A stretch of 24,000 nt of DNA. Source: Acutalibacteraceae bacterium (GTDB lineage: Bacteria; Bacillota; Clostridia; Oscillospirales; Acutalibacteraceae). A program made the position numbers and the translations under genes. A model generated the notes under the pieces. It was not told where the DNA came from. It made no database searches and saw nothing but the letters and a program-made list of their open reading frames with translations. This document shows, in pieces, positions 16,185-23,976 of this stretch. Within the stretch, counting starts at the first letter, position 1. Each line of letters opens with the position of its first letter. The stretch is taken from assembly GCA_045590755.1 (NCBI GenBank), contig JAZNRP010000024.1, positions 127,083-151,082 on the forward strand. Direction: 5' to 3'.

Positions 16185-16229
16185 ACACCCCGTCTTGGCT
16201 TCGGTCAGGGCGGGGTGTTTTTGTTTTTT
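16185..16229 (+). terminator. Rho-independent terminator ending the structural/DGR/lysis transcription unit
   Basis: A 15-bp stem (acaccccgtcttggc / gtcagggcggggtgt, including 3 G-U pairs) carries a UUCG tetraloop and is followed by ttttgtttttt. Confidence 0.85.
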
Positions 16230-16509
16230 GCGGAGAAATATTACCGATAAGTAATATTTTGTTCTAAAACCTCTGTAAACCCTCGGAAATGCGTCCTATT
16301 TGCTTTTCCACCCACTTTTACACCCTCGAACAAAGTCCTCGGGAAACGGCTAATTTTGGCTCAAAACGGCATCCCGATTTCAGTCTGCTTTTGCCCTGAT
16401 TTTGCCCTACTCTAAACTACTGTAAAGATACTCGAAAGTTTACTGTAAAGTCATCAATAAACGATTACGAATATTTTTAAAAAAATTAGAAAAAATATCC
16501 GCATTTCTA

Positions 16510-16538
16510 TTGACTTTTACCGTTTGGTAAAGTAAGAT
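16510..16538 (+). promoter_or_regulatory. Sigma-70-type promoter P1 (ttgact - 17 nt - taagat)
   Basis: It lies in an AT-rich region 44 nt upstream of the 16582 start. The core blocks attgacttt and gtaagataaagt recur with identical spacing at 20856-20890. The spacer contains the palindrome tttacc-gttt-ggtaaa (16516-16531). Confidence 0.6.
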
Positions 16539-16581
16539 AAAGTTACGGTAAATAAATACTTGAAACGAAAGGAAATCCGAT

Positions 16582-16833
16582 ATGGCTGACTCGAAACTTT
16601 ATGTACTGACACACAACGGTTACACGGTGAAATTCTTTGAAACTCCCGAGGAGTGCGAGAAATACATCGCAGATGTTCTCGCTGAATATCAGCACTTGAA
16701 ACCGAAAGAAATCTTCCGTCACTACGGTAGCCACACCGAACCCGGCGAAGTTACCAAGGAGACCATCAAGACCGTCATCATTTATCAGTATTACACCCTC
16801 TATACCGAGGTGTTTATGATTGAAGAAAAGTAA
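16582..16833 (+). CDS. Hypothetical protein (83 aa)
   Basis: RBS aaagga lies 8 nt upstream. This is the first gene after P1. Confidence 0.6.
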   Translation: MADSKLYVLTHNGYTVKFFETPEECEKYIADVLAEYQHLKPKEIFRHYGSHTEPGEVTKETIKTVIIYQYYTLYTEVFMIEEK

Positions 16834-16846
16834 AGGAGATGGCGAT

Positions 16847-17251
16847 ATGAGTCATACAGACCATTGGTGCAACCACTACGCTCATCCGATATTCCCTGAA
16901 AGAATTGGATGGGACGGAAAACCCATTGAGAGAACGCCGGAAGATTACCCGTATTCATACGACGAGTTCTTCGTTTTCCAATCGGACGACTTTGACAGGA
17001 ACAAAGCCTCGGCGGTTTATTCAGACCGTATGATGAGTTGGGATTTCGATAAGTTCGCAAAGGCTATGAGCGAGGTTTGGAAGACAGGCGGACAGCAGTT
17101 TTTCGATAAGAAACCCGAAGATGTGAACCGCTTCTTGAACCTGTATTTCGGAAAAGAAGTTAAGTTGACCGCCATCCTGCGAGGATGCAATGTCAGCAAC
17201 GGTTATCCGTATTGGATTTTCGCTTACGAGGAGGTAAAAGAAAATGCCTGA
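16847..17251 (+). CDS. Hypothetical protein (134 aa)
   Basis: ATG 16847 has aaaggag 8 nt upstream. The listed TTG 16820 start is less likely. Confidence 0.6.
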   Translation: MSHTDHWCNHYAHPIFPERIGWDGKPIERTPEDYPYSYDEFFVFQSDDFDRNKASAVYSDRMMSWDFDKFAKAMSEVWKTGGQQFFDKKPEDVNRFLNLYFGKEVKLTAILRGCNVSNGYPYWIFAYEEVKENA

Positions 17252-17426
17252 ACAGATTATAGGTGATGTTTTGTACGCTATCGGGTTTATCTCGATATTC
17301 TGCATCCTACTTGGTGTAGGCGGTGTAATAGCCGATTACATATTGCCCCGAGCACCGAAGCTCGAAAAATTCCTGTTCGGACTCTTTGGGTTGGACCCTG
17401 CGGAGTTCGCAGACGAAGAAGAATAA
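17244..17426 (+). CDS. Small membrane protein (60 aa)
   Basis: RBS gaggaggt. It has one TM helix (VLYAIGFISIFCILLGVGGVIA) and an acidic tail. Confidence 0.55.
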   Translation: MPEQIIGDVLYAIGFISIFCILLGVGGVIADYILPRAPKLEKFLFGLFGLDPAEFADEEE

Positions 17427-17441
17427 TGGAGGTATGAGAAG

Positions 17442-17915
17442 ATGTTATCCTTTAAGCACGAAAGTATGATACGAGAGATTTTGGCTGATAAATACGCCGA
17501 AGAAATCGTATTGACCCTGATGAATAAGTTTGCGGCTAAGGACCCCGAGAACTGCCGCACCCTCATCCGAAACTCTGACCGTCTTGCAGATAAAATGATG
17601 GAGTTACAGCAGAAAGAAATCAATGCCGCTTATCAGGCGGCGTTTATGGCAATTACGCAGAGAGATTTCAACACGAGAGACCACGTCACCTACTTCGCAA
17701 GTATGGTTCCGGTCTGCAAAGTTCTGTTCCCCAACGGAACCGCAGATGGTGAGTGTCTTGCTCTCCGTAAGTATTTCGGTGAGTTCGTGAAGCTCCTGCA
17801 TAACCCGAAGGCGTTCGACATCAAACGAGACAGAAGTTGGGCTGAACAGTTCGGCTATCTCGATTACTTGGTGCTCGTTATGAAAAAGACCGAGAAAGGA
17901 GGGGCTGTGAGATGA
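17442..17915 (+). CDS. Hypothetical protein (157 aa)
   Basis: RBS ggagg lies 9 nt upstream. Confidence 0.6.
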   Translation: MLSFKHESMIREILADKYAEEIVLTLMNKFAAKDPENCRTLIRNSDRLADKMMELQQKEINAAYQAAFMAITQRDFNTRDHVTYFASMVPVCKVLFPNGTADGECLALRKYFGEFVKLLHNPKAFDIKRDRSWAEQFGYLDYLVLVMKKTEKGGAVR

Positions 17916-18070
17916 TGACAGCGTTTCAACTTGCTATCCTATTCACCGTTGTTATATCCGCAATGATGTGCTTGGCGGGTAAGCCCGACCAAAAGAAAGA
18001 CGGACAGATTACGCTCGCAATCAGCGGCGTTCTCTTCCTGCTCTCGGAGGTGCTGAAATGGCTGATATGA
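17912..18070 (+). CDS. Small two-TM membrane protein (52 aa), absent from the ORF track
   Basis: It shares an ATGA overlap with the upstream stop, and gaaaggagggg lies upstream. The translation is MMTAFQLAILFTVVISAMMCLAGKPDQKKDGQITLAISGVLFLLSEVLKWLI. It fills an otherwise empty gap. Confidence 0.5.
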   Translation: MMTAFQLAILFTVVISAMMCLAGKPDQKKDGQITLAISGVLFLLSEVLKWLI

Positions 18071-18285
18071 GCAAAGGCTGTGATAAGTGCCGTATGCCCG
18101 AAGGTGTTTCGATAAAGCCTGACGGCGTACACGAGCTCGACCCTTGTATCTACCGAACGAAGCAGATACACAGAAACGCAACCGTAATCGTTTCGCAATG
18201 CGAGAAGTGCGGTCACATTGACATCTCTTGGAAACGTCAGGACGATACCGAGAGTGAATACGTTGAAGAATTCAAGGAGAATTGA
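18058..18285 (+). CDS. Small zinc-ribbon protein (75 aa)
   Basis: RBS ggaggtg. It has two Cys pairs, CDKC and CEKC. Confidence 0.6.
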   Translation: MADMSKGCDKCRMPEGVSIKPDGVHELDPCIYRTKQIHRNATVIVSQCEKCGHIDISWKRQDDTESEYVEEFKEN

Positions 18286-18286
18286 A

Positions 18287-18544
18287 ATGGAACAGAAGGC
18301 AAAAAGAGTGGCAGACCATATCATTAAGACCGCCTGTGCTAACGCTACCTGCGGTCAGTATAGTGTGAAAGTCGAAGATGTATGCTCCGAGCTCGGTATG
18401 ACCGAACAAGAGTATATCGAGATTTTCGGAGTGGTTGTTTACGATTTGTGCGAAAGACCCGAAATCGTTGACCTCGTTGATGTCGGAGACGGAACGATTG
18501 ACTTGGGTATCGCAAAGGAATATCTTGACAAGTCGGAGGTGTAA
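18287..18544 (+). CDS. Hypothetical protein (85 aa)
   Basis: ATG 18287 has aaggaga upstream. The listed start 18218 would overlap the previous gene extensively. Confidence 0.55.
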   Translation: MEQKAKRVADHIIKTACANATCGQYSVKVEDVCSELGMTEQEYIEIFGVVVYDLCERPEIVDLVDVGDGTIDLGIAKEYLDKSEV

Positions 18545-18546
18545 GA

Positions 18547-18918
18547 ATGGCTGACCGTTTAAGAAAATGCACCGTTGATGGTAAAGCAATGTATTTCCAC
18601 CGTTGGTCGGATGAGTCGTGGATTGTTCCGCCCTCTCCGATGGTGGGAGGTCATAATGGCGGTGTCGTTCAGGGAACATACGCCATTGTTGAAGATGTAG
18701 AAACGGGAGAAATCAGTAAGGCTTTGCCCGGGAGCGTAAAGTTCAGTAAGGCTGAAATTGTTGAAGCAAGATATGGCGAATGGGTTTATACCGGAGGAAG
18801 ACCGATACATTGCAATCAATGTGGTTATGCACCTGAGCATCCGCTGACGACCGATAATAGTTCGTTCTGTCCTCATTGCGGAGCGGATATGAGAAAGGAT
18901 GCTGACAACAATGGCTAA
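18547..18918 (+). CDS. Hypothetical protein with a C-terminal zinc ribbon (123 aa)
   Basis: RBS ggaggtg. The C-terminus carries CNQCGY and FCPHCGADM. Confidence 0.6.
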   Translation: MADRLRKCTVDGKAMYFHRWSDESWIVPPSPMVGGHNGGVVQGTYAIVEDVETGEISKALPGSVKFSKAEIVEARYGEWVYTGGRPIHCNQCGYAPEHPLTTDNSSFCPHCGADMRKDADNNG

Positions 18919-19213
18919 GGACTGCACAAAATGTATTCACTATCACGCCTGCCGTGGAACATACTACTCAGCAAAGGGAGATGGAACGCTCCTGTATGAT
19001 TTCGAGGGCGAAATGTATGGAGAAAGCGGTTGCGAACACTTCGCCACAAAAGGAGAAGACGGAGTTGTTCACGCAAAATGGTATGATGGCAGATGCACGA
19101 ACTGTTGCCACGAGGCTTTGGACTATCTTGATGATTGTCAGATGAAAACCTATATAACCGACTACTGCCCGAAATGTGGTGCCAAAATGGACGGCGGTGA
19201 GCTCGGTGGCTGA
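18899..19213 (+). CDS. Cys-rich zinc-ribbon protein (104 aa; alternative start 18911)
   Basis: It contains CTKCIHYHAC, CTNCC and YCPKCGAKM. The C-terminal ribbon resembles that of the preceding gene. Confidence 0.55.
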   Translation: MLTTMAKDCTKCIHYHACRGTYYSAKGDGTLLYDFEGEMYGESGCEHFATKGEDGVVHAKWYDGRCTNCCHEALDYLDDCQMKTYITDYCPKCGAKMDGGELGG

Positions 19214-19400
19214 GAAGAAATACTGCCTCGCTCCTGAATGTCCGTATAAATCGTGCGAACGCCACCCTAATAAACTGAAACGCCGGAGCCCAAAGGCAAA
19301 GGTGATTGTTGGTAATTACTATGCGACCTGCCGACCGTACATATCGCACGTGTTGGATGAGGTTGAAAAGGAGAGACGAGATGAAGAAGCACATACCTGA
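19206..19400 (+). CDS. Possible small Cys-rich protein (start uncertain: GTG 19176 or 19206)
   Basis: This in-frame ORF bridges a gap between genes and contains CLAPECPYKSCERH. It has no clear RBS. Confidence 0.35.
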   Translation: MAEKKYCLAPECPYKSCERHPNKLKRRSPKAKVIVGNYYATCRPYISHVLDEVEKERRDEEAHT

Positions 19401-19923
19401 TGAGCTCAAATGGGGATATGACGGAACCGAGTATAAAAAAGACCGTGATATAGGAAACGGCTCTTGGGTTCTCATCAAATGTAGCATACCTGTCGATGAG
19501 CGGGTTCGCCCGCAAACCTACGGTATTTATTGGGCGATACCTCACAAAGACCCCTATGATAGACAGATGGTGAAAGTATATACGCCTGAAGAGGTTTGCC
19601 TCCTGAATTACGAGTACACCGTGATTTCGGAAGAGAAATTGAAAGAATACAAGGCTGCGGGCTATCACCTGAAAGAGTGCAACGCTAAATATAGCGAACC
19701 TTTGAACCTTGAACTACTTCAAGCAGGACGTTCTCTTTGCGAGGAGGAGCGGGAGATAATTTGGGCTATGCAATTAGATGGTCTTACCGAGTCGCAAGCC
19801 TGCGAGGAGTATTTCTTGTCGCACCATACTGAAGCAGATAACGTCAACCTCTGCTACCTGCCCGACCAAGAAACCTTAAAGGAAATTGAAGCGGTTTTTG
19901 GCAAGTATGGAATTGCGGGGTGA
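19381..19923 (+). CDS. Hypothetical protein (180 aa)
   Basis: ATG 19381 has aaaaggagag upstream. The listed start 19306 lacks an RBS. Confidence 0.6.
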   Translation: MKKHIPDELKWGYDGTEYKKDRDIGNGSWVLIKCSIPVDERVRPQTYGIYWAIPHKDPYDRQMVKVYTPEEVCLLNYEYTVISEEKLKEYKAAGYHLKECNAKYSEPLNLELLQAGRSLCEEEREIIWAMQLDGLTESQACEEYFLSHHTEADNVNLCYLPDQETLKEIEAVFGKYGIAG

Positions 19924-19927
19924 TTGA

Positions 19928-20080
19928 ATGGACAATTTAGGAGTAGCAGGCATTCTTCAGACCTATGCCGAAAAGGCGAGAAATGCAAAAACCACCGAAA
20001 AGTTGAGAGATGTTGTTCGTGAATTGAAGACCGAGCTCGACCTTCGGAAGATTAGAATTGAGGAGGAAGACAATGGGTAG
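19928..20080 (+). CDS. Small helical protein (50 aa), absent from the ORF track
   Basis: The ATG lies 5 nt after the upstream stop. The translation is MDNLGVAGILQTYAEKARNAKTTEKLRDVVRELKTELDLRKIRIEEEDNG. It overlaps the next start by 8 nt and fills a gap. Confidence 0.4.
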   Translation: MDNLGVAGILQTYAEKARNAKTTEKLRDVVRELKTELDLRKIRIEEEDNG

Positions 20081-20324
20081 TTATTACGCAACCTACAAGT
20101 GTCCGCTTTGCGGCACCATCATCCGATGCGGCAATCCTGCCGATGTTCCGCAGGATAAGTTACCGGAAATACTTGGTATGGTGGTTCGGAACCAAATGAT
20201 GCAAGGCAATCCCGCTCTTCATCAGGCACCGATGTATATACCGCATAAGTGTAAGGACGGAAACGCAGGTCTTGCGGTGTTTGCCGGGTTCACCCAAGAA
20301 CGCAAGAAGCAATCAGGGCGGTAA
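20073..20324 (+). CDS. Small zinc-binding protein (83 aa)
   Basis: ATG 20073 has gaggagg 6 nt upstream. It contains CPLCGTIIRC and HKC. Confidence 0.6.
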   Translation: MGSYYATYKCPLCGTIIRCGNPADVPQDKLPEILGMVVRNQMMQGNPALHQAPMYIPHKCKDGNAGLAVFAGFTQERKKQSGR

Positions 20325-20420
20325 AATGTCCGTAGGAGCCAATACTACGGATGCCGCCATACATTTACCCATTTGAACTCGCTCTATTTAATTTAGGCGA
20401 CCATTTAGGAGGTGGTTACG

Positions 20421-20660
20421 ATGAAAAAGTTCAGACAGAACGTTGCTTTGGCTCTCGCCTACATAGCAGCGGCACCGTTCTTGTTGGTTGGTTTTATAAT
20501 TTGGTTGTTCACGCCGAGTCAAGATGACTGTGTAGGATGTCCGAAATGGGCTGAAAAGGACGGGGTTCCGCCCGATGCGATAGACTACGACAGCATTTGT
20601 GAGAAATGCAAGTCCAATCCCAAGAACAGAAAGAAAAAGAAGAATAGAAAATGTCCGTAG
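20421..20660 (+). CDS. Membrane-anchored zinc-ribbon protein with a polybasic tail (79 aa)
   Basis: ATG 20421 has aggaggtgg upstream. It has a TM helix (ALALAYIAAAPFLLVGFIIWLF), Cys pairs CVGC and CEKC, and the tail NRKKKKNRKCP. Confidence 0.6.
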   Translation: MKKFRQNVALALAYIAAAPFLLVGFIIWLFTPSQDDCVGCPKWAEKDGVPPDAIDYDSICEKCKSNPKNRKKKKNRKCP

Positions 20661-20719
20661 GAGCCATTCCCTTGCTTTCGGCAATACCCTACATCATTCG
20701 GGACATTTCCAACGGTTTT

Positions 20720-20770
20720 AGGCGGCTTTTGATAGGGAGTGTTCCCTTGATGAAGTCGCCTTTTTGTTTT
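20720..20770 (+). terminator. Rho-independent terminator
   Basis: The lower stem is aggcggcttt/gaagtcgcct and the upper stem is aggga/tccct with a 4-nt loop. A T-run (tttttgtttt) follows. Confidence 0.6.
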
Positions 20771-20856
20771 AGGCAGCGAAAAGTCTTCGGAACCTGATTA
20801 TTATAAACGAAAATGATTATTTTAAGAAAATATTAGAAATAAAATCAACAAAACCA

Positions 20857-20885
20857 TTGACTTTCAGGGCGACTTATTGTAAGAT
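20857..20885 (+). promoter_or_regulatory. Sigma-70-type promoter P2 (ttgact - 17 nt - taagat), paralogous to P1
   Basis: It has the same -35 and -10 hexamers, the same 17-nt spacing and the same flanking blocks (attgacttt, gtaagataaagt) as P1. It also shares an AT-rich upstream attagaaa motif. Confidence 0.6.
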
Positions 20886-20925
20886 AAAGTAAAGGATAAC
20901 AAATCCTGAAAGGAGATTGAAAGCA

Positions 20926-21306
20926 ATGGCAAAAATCGAAATCATCAGTCACGAAAGACTCAACGAAATCCTCGAAAGAGAGGAAGAAACGGGCAGGGAT
21001 TTGCTCGACATCCTCGGAAACAGAGAGATTGACGGCAGGCTCTACTCGATGTGGAAAGATAAAGCCACAGGCACAGAGTATGCAGTCCCGGAAGTAAGAA
21101 CGGTAAATATGGGTTTCAATTCAAATGAACCCGGAAAACTCGAAGAGTTTGTGGCAATAGTAGAGCGTGAAGGTTCCTGTAACGCCTCTTGGGGAGTTAC
21201 AGGCAGAACAATGCACAACATCCTCGGTCATCAGTTAGCACAGCAGTTACCTCAGTATGATTGGATAATCGACGATAACTACTTCTGCCGAGCCAAGAAA
21301 AGATAA
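20926..21306 (+). CDS. Hypothetical protein (126 aa)
   Basis: ATG 20926 has aggag 10 nt upstream. The listed TTG 20917 abuts the RBS. Confidence 0.6.
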   Translation: MAKIEIISHERLNEILEREEETGRDLLDILGNREIDGRLYSMWKDKATGTEYAVPEVRTVNMGFNSNEPGKLEEFVAIVEREGSCNASWGVTGRTMHNILGHQLAQQLPQYDWIIDDNYFCRAKKR

Positions 21307-21316
21307 GGAGGACTGT

Positions 21317-21817
21317 ATGACAAGAACCAAGAAAGGTTTCCTTGACCTGAAACAAGGTGATGTGGCAATCGCCACCGACGAATACGCCCACGACTACACA
21401 GAGCACCGTGTTAGGTTGGTTAGTTACGAATACGACAAGGAGTGTGCCACCCCCGAAAACCCGAAAGGCTTGGTTTTCTTCGGAGATGACCTTGATAAAG
21501 ACGAATGGGGCGATGACTATATCACCCGAGTTGATATAGGAAACTACGCAGGCTTTGTCGAAGCAAAAGATGAACCAAAGATGGAGCGGATGAGATATTT
21601 TGATAAGAACGGCAAAGAGGTTTTGCCCGGAATGAAAATCCGCTTTGAGGACGGAGAAATCGAAACGGTGCATCGAACTGTATCGCAATTCGGCTACGAG
21701 GACCTTGGCGTGAACGCATCGAACGAAGCGTATTTAGTATTGCATCCGACCGCCGACCGTGAGTATTACTCGCTCAGTAATTGGAGAGCGGACAGCATCG
21801 AGATTGTTGAGGGCTGA
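21317..21817 (+). CDS. Hypothetical protein (166 aa)
   Basis: RBS taaggagga. Confidence 0.6.
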   Translation: MTRTKKGFLDLKQGDVAIATDEYAHDYTEHRVRLVSYEYDKECATPENPKGLVFFGDDLDKDEWGDDYITRVDIGNYAGFVEAKDEPKMERMRYFDKNGKEVLPGMKIRFEDGEIETVHRTVSQFGYEDLGVNASNEAYLVLHPTADREYYSLSNWRADSIEIVEG

Positions 21818-21821
21818 ACCG

Positions 21822-22034
21822 ATGAAAGCCGAGATAACTGCAAAGGTTAAGAACTCGCCAAAGTTCCCGGTCAAAGTCTTTACCGCTGTAGAAATAATGG
21901 ATTTCCCGGACGACAGCAACGTTTTCGGAAGAATGTTAGCGTTCAGGCGGCACTTCCGCAAGAAGTTCGGTCAAGAAATCGAGCTCGACATTGTCAGTTG
22001 CAAGTGGCTCGAAGAAAAGGAGAAAGTGAAATGA
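21822..22034 (+). CDS. Hypothetical protein (70 aa)
   Basis: ATG 21822 has gaggg 9 nt upstream. The listed start 21759 overlaps the previous gene. Confidence 0.5.
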   Translation: MKAEITAKVKNSPKFPVKVFTAVEIMDFPDDSNVFGRMLAFRRHFRKKFGQEIELDIVSCKWLEEKEKVK

Positions 22035-22357
22035 ATTATTGCAAAGAAGACCTCGTGAAGAGGCTTGATAGTTTACACCAAGAATTGATATGTGATGATG
22101 CGGACAAAAGCATCGTCGGTCTGATATTAGAGGCGAAGGAGTACATCGCTGATACTCCGGCTACATACGACAAAGCGACCGTTGTTCAGGCTCTTGCTTG
22201 TTATGGATGCCGAAAATGCACCGAAGACTTCGATGCGAAGCGAAAGCGTTGTGCCGATAGATACATAGACGCAGAGTTGTTCTATGAACATCAGGTTCTT
22301 GACGAACACGACGAGGATGTTATGCCAAGAGAGGATGATGAAGATGCCGAGAGTTAA
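22031..22357 (+). CDS. Hypothetical acidic protein (108 aa)
   Basis: It shares an ATGA overlap with the upstream stop. RBS aaaaggagaaag. Confidence 0.55.
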   Translation: MNYCKEDLVKRLDSLHQELICDDADKSIVGLILEAKEYIADTPATYDKATVVQALACYGCRKCTEDFDAKRKRCADRYIDAELFYEHQVLDEHDEDVMPREDDEDAES

Positions 22358-22541
22358 GTATCTGCCTCGCAAGCGTGGGCTTCAGCTCGGTATTCAGGAG
22401 TTCCCGAACTTTTCTGTTACAGGCAGCGTAGCCGGGATGAAAGCAAAGTATTACGGCAAGGATGCCTTGCTCGTAAGATGCGGCAGTTGGATTTATAACG
22501 TCAGTCGAAGACCGGACATATATCATAACGAAGCTCATTAA
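22344..22541 (+). CDS. Hypothetical basic protein (65 aa; start uncertain)
   Basis: The in-frame ATGs at 22335, 22338 and 22344 are all possible starts. The ORF overlaps the end of the previous gene. Confidence 0.45.
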   Translation: MPRVKYLPRKRGLQLGIQEFPNFSVTGSVAGMKAKYYGKDALLVRCGSWIYNVSRRPDIYHNEAH

Positions 22542-22681
22542 CCCTCGCCAAACCCCGCTAAATCGTCTGTATTGAAAGATTTAGCCAAAGGCAACTAATT
22601 CTACCCCGAACCGATACCACCCCTTAAAAACGATTTTACAGCCTCTCACGGCATAGAGTTACCGATTGGATATGAAAGGAT

Positions 22682-23077
22682 ATGATTGTGGAAATGAAGT
22701 TGACACCCGAACGAATTGAAATGATGGCTACCGAAATCCGTCAGTTCTTGATTGATAACGAAATTTGGATTGATGTCGCTATCTATTTTAACGGCAAATG
22801 CTTCACGACCGGGCACGATGGCAAGTACGCCTACAACGACCCGAACAACCTGATTGTTGTGGAGAACGCAGACCCTCGAAAAGTCACGCAGTATGTGAAC
22901 GACATCTTGACGATGACCTTTGAAGGACCTCTGTATGACTGCATCAACGGAAACGGCGAATACAGTTGGCAGTTTGAGGAACGTATCGCAAGAGAGTTGT
23001 CCGACATCTTCAAGAAGTACGGATGCAGATACGAGCTCGGCGAGGCTTGGAACCTCTCGCTGTTTGAACAATGGTAA
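22682..23077 (+). CDS. Hypothetical protein (131 aa; alternative starts GTG 22688 or ATG 22694)
   Basis: The RBS aaagga ends at 22680, only 1 nt from ATG 22682, so a downstream in-frame start is possible. Confidence 0.55.
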   Translation: MIVEMKLTPERIEMMATEIRQFLIDNEIWIDVAIYFNGKCFTTGHDGKYAYNDPNNLIVVENADPRKVTQYVNDILTMTFEGPLYDCINGNGEYSWQFEERIARELSDIFKKYGCRYELGEAWNLSLFEQW

Positions 23078-23089
23078 AGGAGAACCGAT

Positions 23090-23683
23090 ATGGAAAGAAA
23101 GATTTTTGCCATCCTCAATGTAGATGAGGAGACTTTGCTTGAAAATTACGGAGATAGTACCGTTGGTGCTGTCTTCGAGGAAGAAATGGAAAAAGTCGCA
23201 TTAAGCGGTATCACCGTAAACAGTTGGACCCTGATGGATGAAGATGAGTCCGACCTACGACAGAGTTATTTGAATTATCTCGCCGATTGGATTGACAGAA
23301 AATCGTGGGCGGATGAACATTCGTCTCCGCTCTCGTATGAGAAATGGCAGAACCGACCCGTTATGCTCGCAAACGCAAATATCTGTGTTGCGATGATTGA
23401 AGACCTTGGGGAAGGTGAACCAACACACCTCGGCGAGAGAACGAGCAGGTATTTCCACCTCGCCCGTAGCCGAGACGGACAGCCCGATAGGTTTTGCTCT
23501 GCCGCTCTCATCGAGCGTACCGTTCTTGAGACCGGACACGAGCAGGAATATTACGAACTGCACGTTATCAACGATATTGATATGACGAGCAGCCGAACCT
23601 ATATGACGACATACAAGTCAAGGCTCGAATTATCCGAACTCGTTCAAAGTATCTTGAAGAAAATTGAGGAGATGACCTACTGA
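23090..23683 (+). CDS. Hypothetical protein (197 aa)
   Basis: RBS aaaggaga. Confidence 0.6.
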   Translation: MERKIFAILNVDEETLLENYGDSTVGAVFEEEMEKVALSGITVNSWTLMDEDESDLRQSYLNYLADWIDRKSWADEHSSPLSYEKWQNRPVMLANANICVAMIEDLGEGEPTHLGERTSRYFHLARSRDGQPDRFCSAALIERTVLETGHEQEYYELHVINDIDMTSSRTYMTTYKSRLELSELVQSILKKIEEMTY

Positions 23684-23976
23684 TGAGTTACGAACAGGCA
23701 ATGAAACACAGCAGGAACCATCGTAAAGACCGCTTTCATCAGCAATGTAGCGGATACGGCGGCAACGGAGACAGCCAACCCTTTACGGTTGAGCAGGGCA
23801 AGAAAATCGAAAAGGAGTCTTGGGCGAAACTACTCGAAGCGGCGAAAGATTTTCCGTTCCCGGCACATATCTTTCAGTCGGGATGGTTTTGGCGTATCAG
23901 CGACAAGCCGAACCTGTTCTCTACCGAGGTGAAAAGCTATGAAGAGCTGCTCAAATTCGGCGAGGAATGTTTGTAA
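23683..23976 (+). CDS. Hypothetical protein (97 aa)
   Basis: Its start overlaps the upstream stop in TGATG. Confidence 0.55.
   Translation: MSYEQAMKHSRNHRKDRFHQQCSGYGGNGDSQPFTVEQGKKIEKESWAKLLEAAKDFPFPAHIFQSGWFWRISDKPNLFSTEVKSYEELLKFGEECL

Noticed and set aside
22557-22585. A hairpin gctaaatc-N13-gatttagc in the 140-bp gap before gene 22682, considered as a terminator or third promoter region.
   Set aside because: No T-run follows it. No ttgact-N17-taagat promoter like P1 or P2 is present in this gap, and an 8-bp AT-rich stem with a 13-nt loop is weak. I left it unannotated.
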